In this document: one piece after another, positions 52,708 through 64,000 of the stretch | Layout of the letters: each line of letters begins with the position of its first letter | Numbering within the stretch: position 1 is the stretch's first letter | Assembly (NCBI GenBank): GCA_030390025.1 | Contig: CM059438.1 | Span: 88,908,001-88,972,000 of the forward strand | Source: Squalus acanthias | Taxonomy: Eukaryota | Length of the DNA stretch: 64,000 nt | Direction of reading: 5' to 3' | Program-made: the position numbers and the translations under genes | The notes under the pieces: generated by a model | What the model was told of the DNA's origin: nothing | What the model saw: the letters and a program-made list of their open reading frames with translations, nothing else | The model's database searches: none

Positions 52708-52772
52708 ACTGGTACTTGCAATATCAAAAAGAAACCCACTGGTACCTGCAATATCAAAAAGAAACCCACTGG
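52708..52772. repeat. 30-bp tandem duplication
   Basis: actggtacYtgcaatatcaaaaagaaaccc x2 plus actgg. Confidence 0.95.
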
Positions 52773-54484
52773 CATGAGCTTAGCTCAGCTGCCCATAAAT
52801 CTTTAATATTTGACCCAAGTCTAAATTACCTCTAATCCATGCATATAAAATGTTCCTAACACAACAGCAAAACACTTGTGCCAATGACATCTACTTCTCC
52901 ATATAAAACACAGGCAAGGCTTCTTCACAAACCGTCTTTTCTCCGTGTCCCCCTCCCCCCCTTAAATTTATGTTGAGTAATTTTTTTTCTGCTCTTCCAA
53001 AGAGTGGGATATTAAAGCTGGGAAATTAAACTTTCCACTTTAAGCATGCAGTGATAGTATCAACTATTCCCAGGTCAGATACAGCAAGTTAAATGCAGAG
53101 TAAAGCATCAATATTGTACCTCTATCCCAGCCTCATTAGTATTCGTGGTACCCTCCTTTTGAGGGGGCACTCATTGGTATTTATCCTGGTGGCATTGGAC
53201 TCATAACCAGTGCTTCTATTGGGCCAGATTTAAAATAGAATGTGCGAGGTATGCAGTGTGTTTCTTGTTGAAGAAGAAAGAATACTCTTGCTTCACATCA
53301 GTATATTTTTCAATTTCCACATCAACCATACTATGGTGTTTCCATGAGATTGAGAATTTAGTTCCAATTTGCATTGTATTATGGACTAGGACCCACTAGC
53401 AACTGAGGTGATTCACATAACATACTTATGACTGACTGATAGAAGATGTCTATGCTACTAGTCCAGAATAGTCACTCCATGAGCTTCATACTGAATCACT
53501 AACAGCCTAAGTCCAAATCACACCCTCCCAAAAAAACTCCAGAAACTGACCAAAAAAATTGAATTTTTCTTTTGCGTTGAAACAAATGCAGAAGGTATGA
53601 ATAGGATACATAAATCAGTGAAGCAGATTTTTTTCTCTCAATTTTTCACTCCTCTCCTGAAACCCTAAATCATGCTGGGGCCTGGTTCCACGACCCCACT
53701 GTCCCCCTTGTAACTGACACAAGTGGCATACTTCATCTGTGAGCCTAGACAGTGAGTAGCAGTAGGTAGTGGAGTATGGGTGACATCACAGCCTAGAGCC
53801 GTTCTCAACATCTGAACATGTACACTTTCCATCTGGGGTCACTGGATAACGATAAGAAAAAAGCTGATTTTTCTTCTCTATAATTCAGTTGTAGGACGTG
53901 CTCCTCTAATTCTGGCCTCTTGAGCATCCTCAATTTTAATCGCTCCACCATTGGTGGTCGTGTCTTCAGCTGCCAAGGCCCTAAGCTCTGGATTTCCCTC
54001 CCTCAGCAAAGAATCAACGCCTTGAGAAGAGGACGAAACACTGAATGGAAAAAGCTGCATTTTTGGTCCTCATCATCAGACTGGTTATTCAAATCTAAAC
54101 CAATCATCAATGTGACAAGATTTATAATATTTTTGCCAGGGTAGAGATTCGCTGAGGATTTATTTTCTCATTTTTTGCATTAACCATCTAAAATTTATAA
54201 AAGGTCTTAAAATAAATGTGTTTTTAAATTGAAAGAGAAAATTAGATTTGTTCTTTTTTTCTCCCCCTCTTTAGCTCCTCCACACCCTATTCCCTGGTAT
54301 ATAGAAGGCATAGTCACTAACTCCCCAGCTGCAAGGTGTGTAGCTGAGTCCCAAGGTGACTTGTCTATTTTTCATTCTTGCCTGTGGGAAAGTGACTATC
54401 CTCTGTTCAATACCACTAAGTATAACATGGTTGAGATGGGCATTTTAAACACATAGGCATTCAAAGAGGTGAGTCTAATACTCA

Positions 54485-54640
54485 CAACTAGGGGGATCAA
54501 GGGGTATGGCGAGAAAGCAGGAATGGGGTACTGAGGTAGCATGTTCAGCCATGAACGCATTGAATGGCGGTGCAGGCTCGAAGGACCAAATGGTCTACTC
54601 CTGCACCTATTTTCTATGTTTTCTATGTTTCTATGTCCTA
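54485..54640 (+). mobile_element. CR1 3' tail
   Basis: ggatcaaggggtatgg...cagccatga...ttctatgt repeats. Confidence 0.8.
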
Positions 54641-55939
54641 CCATATTATAGTGCAGCATGTTACACCACCAGCATGTTCAACCATTTAAAAAATATGCAC
54701 ATACACATTTTAATACAGTTTTTTTCACTATGAAAGCATGCTAATGAGACCATTACCTGGGAACATTAATTTAATACAACACTGATTTAGGTTTAGTTTC
54801 TTTAAATAGTTTATCTTCTAACAAGCAAGAATTATCTTATAGCTTTCAACAACCAACAATGAGAAACACAAAATCACAGCCTTATGGTTTATTGTACTCA
54901 GCCTGCATCGGCTTCTCAGTATAGCTTTAGCAAGCATCTACTCTACAGATAATTATGATGGGATCTGGAGCCACAAGATGCAATAACACATAACAATGAA
55001 GCAGCAAGTCCATGTGTTATTGTGAATTCCAGTCAGTAACCCCACTTACACAAATAGATTTACCTTGTTGCAGTAAATTGTTCATGCTTGAGCTAGAATT
55101 AAAACTTTATTTTTAAAAAAAAGTTTGGATATAGAGATCTCTTCAAAATTCTTCTTAGAGATACAACATGTTCATGGTGCATTTTAGTTTAGTTTTGCAG
55201 CTTTAATGTTTTTTTTTGATTTTACATTTTGTGCAACATTTGCCTATTAGCAATAATGATGAGGTTAACTGCTGCAATGAAAGCGCTCTGGTGATACCAG
55301 AGAAGAAAGAAATCTCTGCATTTACTGTTATTGTGTCCTTGCATTACTGGGACTGATCTGCAAATTATTTATTTGATATTTTCACCAGCAAAATCATCTG
55401 GCTTTGAAAATAATTAATTCAACTGAACAGCAAAACCCTGCCATTTGTTCTGCGCGGTTGCCTTCTGGACTTTGGTTAATTGAGATTTTAAAAAAGTATA
55501 GTATTCTAGGTGCAAGTAAAACTGATACAAGATGATCCTGCTCAGACCAGCCTTTGGTATCTCCCCATATCTCTTCATTTGTCAGTTAACTATTTCTGCC
55601 TCATCTCGTGTTGCAGCCCACTCTCAAACCAGGAGTTTCTAGTTACTGGTGGCACTCCCATGCTCACCACTGCTCATCAAGGTTAACGTTACCCTGGAAC
55701 AGACTGTGCAGTGTAATGGTCATTTTACCTCTCAAAATACAACACACACAAGCACATGCACGGGCCCAACTGGAGCATTTTTAAACAACAGTCCAAATAT
55801 TTGAGGACTTTGCGGGGGTGGGGTTAATGGGAAATGTAGAAATTTAAATTATGCGTCTCCAAAATGGTAACATTCATTCCTCGTAACAAGTGATTACTCA
55901 TCCAGATCTACAGTAGGGAGTGAGGCCCCTTCTTCAATA

Positions 55940-56297
55940 AGATCTTTAAAATTATGAAGGGGTTTGATAGGGTAGATGTAGAGATGTTTCCACTTGCGGG
56001 GAGTACAAAACTAGGGGCTATAAATATAAGATAGTTACTAATAAATCCAATGGGAATTCAGAAGAAACTTCTATACCCAGAGAGTGGTTAGAATGTGGAA
56101 CTCGCTATCACATGCAGTAGTTGAGGCGAATAGCATAGACGCATTGAAAGGGAAGCTAGATAAGTACAAGAGCGAGAAAGGAATAGGATATGTTGATGGG
56201 GTTAGATAAAGTAAGGCAGGAGGAGGCGCGAGTGGAACATAAACATTGGCATAGACAAGTTGGGCGAATGGCCTGTTTCTGTGCTGTAAATTCTACA
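55940..56297 (+). mobile_element. CR1 3' fragment
   Basis: tttaaaattatgaaggggtttgatagggtagat...cagagagtggttagaatgtggaactc. Confidence 0.88.
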
Positions 56298-59200
56298 TTC
56301 CTTTCTTTTACCTCTTCACATCCCTTTTTCTTTCATACCTGCCTTTCTATAATACCTGATTTTTATTTTAAATTTGGTAGTTTGGATCTTTGTTCCTTCA
56401 TATACACGAAACTACTGTCTAAGATATATAAAGTGGTTTCACCTATGTTGATGAACATACAGCATACCACCATTTTAATGTGTGTTAACAGACCTTAGCA
56501 CAAATGAATGCATTATCAGGTGTGCTAACGTGCTTTCAGAACAAGGAAAAAGGGGCAGCAACTGCTACCATTTGGACTTATATATCATAATCCTCAACAA
56601 CTGAGGGCACAAGAGAATTCATGTCAATCTTTTGCTAGGAAAATATCAAATATTGTGCACTGTAGTTTTCAAAAAAAAAAAATACACAAACTAGTGAAGT
56701 TACATATCTCACATTAAACGAGTCATGGACATTTCAGTTTTGATTTAAATTCTAATTTTCCCTTTCTTAAACACATGTTTGTTGCATACAAGTGGTCAGG
56801 AGAAATATTTTCTTAAAACAAACCATCAAATACCTCATTGTAACAAAAGTGAAATTAAAGCCACTATTTATGGCAGAGAAATGATTGGAAGAGGTTTTAT
56901 AAGTTTAATTTGACAAAGAATCACTGCATTTTCATAAGTTTCTACATTCCAGATATAAAATGCATTAAAACTTAAAATCTGTAATATCATTATATTTTCG
57001 TTTGCTACAAGCTCAAACTAATTAGTTAAAAAGCTGCTAAATGATGCATCAGACTGTGCTTCCTCCTGGCACTGTAACTCTCTATTGATTTCTGAAGACT
57101 AAATTAGAAACTGTCAACTAGCCACACCATATCTGTAATTAACAAGTTTTCAGTAAATTATAATTTTAGTGGGCATTTAGTGTAAGCGAGTCATTAACAA
57201 TCTTGCAATGTAAAGTACAGAACTATCTGACACGTGGACAAGCAAGATTAACATTTACAGTAAAGTGAACTGGTCATAATGGATTTTATGACTAAAAATA
57301 TTTAGCATGCATAAATATGCTTTGCAGCTATCTCAGAAATGAACAATCGTAGGATTGCATGCCAATTTTTGAGACTACTGGCACTTGTGGTTTTTGTGTG
57401 GGGTTGGCATGGTTGCCAGTCTAGCTGGTTGGGATGGATGTTACAGGTGAATTTAACAAATGCAGAGTCAGGTTTCATAGCAGCTGGAACAAGTTCAAAA
57501 TCGTTTACTACAGTCTGGTCTGAGCAGGCTAACTGTTCTAACTGTTGATAATGCTTACGCAATAATCAAATATAATATAAAAGGAGACTTTTATTATTGT
57601 TGAGAGTTATTTTTCCCCTTCCCTGGGTCTCCACAAGCCACATGTTAACCCGAGCCAAGGAGCTACCTGTTCCTAATCTCTGAAAATGCTATTCTGAGAC
57701 TTGCTGCTGGGAAACGCACTAGAAGGCGATTCTTCTGGAGTTCTTTTCTGTGGGAAAGCACTTGGTCTCTGGACGAAAGTGAGAACTCAGTTTGAGAAAG
57801 ATCAGAGGCACAAACTCTTGTCTTATTACAAGAGTGCTGCACACTGATGTTCCAATGCACTATGCCAAAATGTTGCAATTTTAGTATGATACCTTATATT
57901 GACTGATGAGATTGTTAGTTACTTAAATTCTCAGATTTGATCTCAAATCAACTATATTTTGGTGATACCACTGTGACCCAACCCAATACTGCATTACACA
58001 AGCTGTTTCAGTTGATTGTCAATATCTATTAATAGAGGCATATAAACATTTTACTTTAACTCAAAGAGTATCCAAGAAAACAACATTTTGGGTCATTAAT
58101 CTTTCTAAAAATAAACAAAATTAAACTTGCACCAAAAAAGTTTTCAACAAAATAAATATAAAAATGAAGCCAGTTATGATAAGAGTATGCATTGTTCTTT
58201 TGTGAACTGCACTGTCAACAGGGCTCAATAGCTCCTTCAGCATGTGAGGCTTCTTCAAAGAGATTTGATGGGTATAATTCCTGATGTTTTCTGCATTATA
58301 ACCAGTGCAGGCCATATAAGCTTTTGTACCTTCAACAAATTTAAAAATATGCTATTTTAAATTTCATAGTAACGTATGTTCTGTCTATTGAGTGCTATGC
58401 ATTTCTAAGATTTGTAATTAAGTATACATTTCTAATAGTGTGAAACGAAATAAAAAATGACTTAATTGCTTGTGTAAGTGGGGCTAGTAACTGTGGGGTG
58501 GATGTATGGCAAGTCACCATACATAGACTTACAACAAACTCCCTCGCCTCATATGCATAAGTAGGTTTCCCTAATGTCCTCTTCATCAGTTCTTTGTGAA
58601 AATAGAAAGACCGAGTCTGAGGTGCGCGTTTGTGGGAAAGAACACATCTGTGTTAACAGCCAGCAATTCAAAACTAGCTTTTACCGGTTATATATATTTA
58701 GTAAAATACAGGGTAGGCCTTAAATACAAAATTTCCTCAATCAAGGATGGAGATTTTATAGCTTCTGTTCACATCACAGAGATGTTCTGTGGTCTAAGTT
58801 TATCTGAATTTGGTTGGTTTAACAGAACCAGAGCCAAAGAGATAAGTTTGACTTTTCAATGATCTCCCCACTCCAATGTAAAGGGAAACTTGCAACTGAA
58901 CCACATTCTTAATGTTCCCGTTGAGCTACAGGGCAGGATAGCAATTTTAGCATTTGCATTTGGCCCAGTTTGATGGGGGGCTATTCACCCATTTTTAGCA
59001 GGTATGAAGTAAAATACAGGCTCAGGGTACAGCAAAAAATAGGAATCTCCAGACAGTTGTTTTGGAACCAAATGTTTGTGCAGTAATTTCCCTAGTTGTA
59101 AAAGTTTAAAAAAATTATTTCCCTTTCTATGGAGCTTTATTAGCCAAAACAGCTCAAAACTTTTCACATAATAAATTACTTTTCAAATGTAGTGATTGTT

Positions 59201-62200
59201 ACGAAGGTAAAACACTTGCAAGAACAAGAAATGTAGAATAAAGTTCATATGCAGTTGGCCACAAATTTATCACAGGTCTGATGTTACAGCCAAAATCATA
59301 CCCTAATGCTCTGTGGCACTCAGAGCTTCGATAGAAGCCATTTAACTCCGTCCTATTACAACTCTGATTAACAATTCTGCAAAGCATTTTCAGGCAACAG
59401 TGCACAGCAGGCAATTATTTCTGGGTTCGGGAAATAAACCTTTCATCGTATGAGCAAGGATTCTGAATAATTTAGGAAACTGGAAGATAGGACAGTCGGA
59501 GTAGAAGGCTAAAACCTTTGGAGGATACTGCAGCATATTTAGTGAGCCAAGTTGGGTTAGGTTCAAGAATACCTGCAGCAAATGCAGGCAGTCTGTTTCA
59601 GCTAGGAATGCAGTCAGATTGATATACTACATCCAGCTAATGCCTTAATGTACTTTACAAGAACACATTTATCCTCAGTGTTTGTGATGTCACTGACATG
59701 GGTCCCTTTAACTTGCTTCTTACCATAAGACTTAAATGATAAATCCTTCCACAGGCCTATCAATTTCAATTATACTTTTTCTATAGGTATTAGCCAACAA
59801 AATACTACAACCAACAAATAATTCAATTCAAATGTCCACCCTGTTATTACACTTATAATTTAAAGACACTATGCATATGAGGGTGTTCAGGATGGAATTC
59901 AGGTTGTGTTATAATTCATACTGAGATCTGAATTATTGATTTCTGCAGGATCCAGTTAAGTGGTCATTATATTTAGCTTTTTTGCTGCATTGTACTGTGT
60001 AGCTGACCTTTTTATGTTGGGTAATTGCCAATATTGCTAATTAACCCATATACTGTGCTAAAATAATGGCATCTGTATACACCACTACTGTTTGCGAGTT
60101 GGAAATATGCTGGTGGATTTTTGTGACAGTACCAAAGAAATTTTGCAGTGATTTATTTCAAAACACTGCGCAGACCCTTGATTGAGGAAATATATTTTGT
60201 AATTCTTAATTTTTACCTTTCATGTTCTTTACAAGTTAGATACTGTGGATATTACGAAACGTTTGAAATGCTCTAATCAAAATGTAGAAAATTTATTTAT
60301 TTTTAAACTAAAAATCCCATTATATAATGCTATGTAGAATGTGTAAAATCAAACAGGGAAAAATGTAAAACAAACAAAAACAAAAAACAAATATACACAT
60401 AATTTTCAGCTTTATGCATAGAAAGATCCAGACATTGACTTCCATAGAGATACACCAGGCACTAAAAAGTTCATACATTTAAAACATTAGTGTTAGAAAG
60501 GTAGCTTAGGACACAAATGTCAAAGGAGTGGCCTTTGTGTTCAATTTTTTAAAAATGGTCCATTAATTATCAATTAAAAGAAAAGTAGCTATTTGCCTTA
60601 TTTTCAGTAATTTCTTATCTCCCTTTTAGTTCTAAAAATTAAACCATTTCTAATGTTTTGCACGATGCAATAGCAAAGGCGGCGAACTGCATAATTGAAG
60701 CCATGTGCATTTTTCATACGATTGCTTTTGCAAAAATAAACCAATTTACAGCAAATTGTACTTGAAAATATACTGACATCATTAACTGAAGAAGTGAGTT
60801 GTTTGGCAACATCGGTTACCACTTAGGGCTCTATTTTTTCCCCCAAGCGCTGAAAAATAAGAGATCCCAGCAACTATTTGATTTTTGCAGTGAATTTTGC
60901 CAGGAGCTACCACTTCTTATTTGCACGTTTTCTTTTCTACTCATAAAAATGATAACAGTTATTGAAAAAGACCCACAAAAGAATGCAAGTAATTGGAAAA
61001 AGGTTCGAGAACATTAAATAAATCTCTATGAATTGGAATTTGTTACGTTTTGAAATTAATTAACAACATTGGCAAATTTCAGTCCTCTCCTGTAGTGGTT
61101 TCACGTGAAATGAACGGTCAATCATAACTGGGAGTAATGAATTGGCTATATTTCAGCATACTTGCTGTGCATCTGTGTTTATTTCAAGTCAGACTCAACC
61201 ACCCTTCAGTGATTTCTGAATTTAGTGACATTCAAATCACATGGGTATCATAATTCTTTTCACAAGTTGCTGGAAAAATTAACTCCTTTCTTTTATAGAC
61301 TATAGTTTCCTTATTGGTGTTGCACTGGTGTGTTGTGAGATAATAAATGGATATTGAGACAGATCATGATAAAAATGGAACAGAATGGCGAATCCGGCTA
61401 CCGACTGATGTAGATAAACTAGAAAATGTCATTAGCATTTTGTTAGAAATAAGTTCTTGATGGAATAGCTACAAAAAAAAATGAAGCTTGTAAAAACAGA
61501 TTGTTATAACTGTAACGAAAGACTAAGGAACAGAGTAAAGTTAGCTGCCATTTTAGAGCAGCGCTGAAAATGTAGTTTTTGCACAAGGTGAAAAATTATA
61601 AAAATAAATAGACCATTTTTAAAATAAATTTCCAATACAATCAAAATGCAATTTGAAAGCTGCACAACTTGGAATTGTCAAAAATCCAAACTTTGGCTTT
61701 ATCTTTCAAGTACCGAGCATGAACTAAAGGTTCTTTTGCCAATCACTTTGCTCAGTCAATGTTCAGTATTCTGGTAAAAAAAACTTATACCATTATAAAC
61801 TGCTAGATGCTAAATTCCTTGGAAGAGGCCAGGTGGTGCCATTAAGCTCATATAAATGTAGGCATAATGATGCAACCACTGTATAATTTGGTGGCCTAAG
61901 TTTACTTACACTTTTACATTAATTCATTCTCTGTGTAAAGAAAGCTTTTTTCAGATTGTATGAAGGCACTGAAATTAACTGAAAGCAAAAGAAATGAGTA
62001 AAAATTTACTTTTATTTGTCCTAAACTTCCTTTGTGGAAACAACACGAAATGCAACTTAAGCTTTCAATACATTCCTCAGTTTATTCTTCCCTTGTTATT
62101 ATTCCACTCTATTCAAAATATTTCCTTTATTCCGGAAGGTGCCTGTTCTGTGTAATATTATGCACTTTATGGCATCTGGCAGGACAATATGTAATTTGCA

Positions 62201-62710
62201 ACAAGTGTGAATTGTGAATAAGGCACAATAAAGGAACACAGTTAAAATATAGCCACACTCAAAAATGCATTTGTTGGCCTGAAGTGATGGTGTGAATACA
62301 ACATATTTTAATGATACTGTAGAAGAAACATTGTGTGTGCATCATAAGTGTTTCCTTTTGTTATTGGATGTAACCCCTTTGAACAGAGCACAGAGGATTT
62401 AAATCTCCTACAGATATTCATGGGAGAAATGCAGCATCTAGTTCTTCTGTAACTTACATTTTGGTTTTGTATTAAACATTTTTATACTGATTTCTAGCGA
62501 TTTAATCTGATTTCTAGCAAGTTAATGAAAGACTGAATCAATTTCCTTCCACTAAAATGGTTTTAATGTGCTTTGTAATAATACTCACCCACCCCAAAGT
62601 ATTTTCCTCTCCTGAAGGTGCCGACTCATCCTGGAATATAGTTCCATGAGAGACAGAAGCCGACTGTTACCGTGCCCAAATTCCAACTTTTCACTTGAAC
62701 CTAGACACCA

Positions 62711-63552
62711 AGGCCGGAATTTTGCAAACGCTCAGAGTGCGGGTTTGGAGGCGGGACTGCTGCCAAAATCGTAAAGATTGACAGCGGGTAGGAAACTGGC
62801 CGTCAACCTGCCTCCAACCAATCTTCCCAAGTGTCGGGTCCCCGATTTGCGCATGGACCCGACACCTAGCGGCGGGAAGAGGATTAAAGCCACTTACTTG
62901 CCTGTTAACAGGTACTTGATAGTTGTTAACAGGCTCTTTTTCAATTTTGCCGCTTCTGCCTCGGGGTTCCCGACATCCGGACACCACGCCAGGTAAGTGT
63001 GGCGTGTTGTGAGTCTGATGTAATGTTTCTGCATTGATGACAGCTGCACTGGTGAGTTTCAGAGGTAAGAAAATGTTGGGAAAATCATTTTTAATGCATT
63101 TACACTTTTCTGTAGGTAACAAGTTTTGAATTGGATGTCTAGTCCCACCTCACTGGGAGAACCTCTCTCACCAGTGACACATTGCTTCTGTAACCTCACC
63201 TGCAGCTGCCATCTGTTCTAGCCTAAGGAGGGAGTCACTGGAGAGCCTGGGTGTAAGAGCTCACCTTTGTACAGTGATTGTCAGTGTTTGCAGCACCTCA
63301 ATGCTGTCAAATACTGAGAAATGAGCTGTCAAAAAAAATTGTACGTGGTCCCTTTAAGAAAACCGGCAGATGATGTGTCATCAAATGCCATCATCTGACC
63401 GGCTTCCTCTTAATTGGCCGGCAAGCCTGCAGGGCGGGCTTAACAAGGTCAATCAAGGGAAAATCATGTCCATGGGCCGGATGCAGTTGGGGGCGAGACT
63501 GGAAACCAGCTAACCCGCTCCCAAGCCGCATCCATTTACAAAATCGTGGCCT
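62711..63552. mobile_element. Non-autonomous TIR element, probably Harbinger-related
   Basis: TIRs aggccggaattttg / caaaatcgtggcct with CpG-rich subterminal regions; ends resemble those of 45576-46694. Confidence 0.65.
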
Positions 63553-63894
63553 CTGTGTTGGCAGGCTATTTGATCACGAGATGCATCCAAGTTAAAGCAA
63601 ATAGTGTCCTTATTAAATGGAAGAACATTCCAGCAGAGAACAGTTGAAAGCGAGCAGGTGTGGGAATTGCGCCTTTTTCCCCCTTTCTAGCCCATGACAT
63701 TAAGGCCAAGTATAGCAGCTCCCCATCACTTATTTTAGCTATCAGCACAGCAGAGAGAGGGAGCTCCTTATAGTAACCACTATACTAAGTAAGCTACAGT
63801 AAAGTTTGCTGCTGGCACTGTGTTTCTTTTTAAAAAAAGATTGAAGATTGCTTTTAATTTTGTCCCAATGACCATATCAATTAAATGCAACACT

Positions 63895-64000
63895 CGGATC
63901 ATAGAGTCATAAATGTTACAGCACAAAAGGAGGCCATTTGGCCCATGGTGCCTGTGCCTGCACTTTGAAAGAGCTATCCAATTAGTCCCGCTCCCCTGCT
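63895..64000 (-). mobile_element. CR1 3' tail (truncated by window end)
   Basis: atcatagagtcata...ggaggccatttggccc; similar to 960-1070. Confidence 0.8.

Noticed and set aside
48900-64000. Searched for the upstream FNBP1 exons (LMSLLTSPHQPPPP insert, F-BAR)
   Set aside because: No matching translation found; they presumably lie beyond the window. ORFs at 57302-57878 show no family similarity.
1-64000. CRISPR arrays, operons, rRNA, true tRNA or known miRNA genes
   Set aside because: None seen. tRNA-like boxes occur only as decayed SINE heads, and the RT motifs belong to broken CR1 LINEs.

Overview
Eukaryotic, non-microbial DNA. The repeat content (CR1 and L2 LINEs, Deu-domain SINE, Penelope-derived short repeats, Harbinger and hAT relics) points to a cartilaginous fish (shark-like); this is inference. 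The only protein-coding gene I can support is the 3' half of FNBP1 (FBP17, F-BAR/HR1/SH3 family) on the minus strand. It comprises a 15-nt LSLKL microexon, two HR1 exons, two linker exons carrying the RESPDG motif, the SH3 exon with alternative C-termini (-GAMTYI vs -GT), and a terminal exon at ~17.9 kb. All exon phases were checked by hand and join in frame. Most listed ORFs are transposon fragments or chance ORFs. The most notable non-coding item is a ~134-bp element with a 16-bp target-site duplication carrying an intact minimal hammerhead ribozyme core in the sense orientation of an FNBP1 intron. Other points of interest are candidate extra microexons and splice switches, hAT MITEs with perfect 8-bp TSDs, nested transposon insertions, and a ~10-kb transposon-poor zone downstream of FNBP1. 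I found no prokaryote-type system (CRISPR, operon). Repeat boundaries are approximate.
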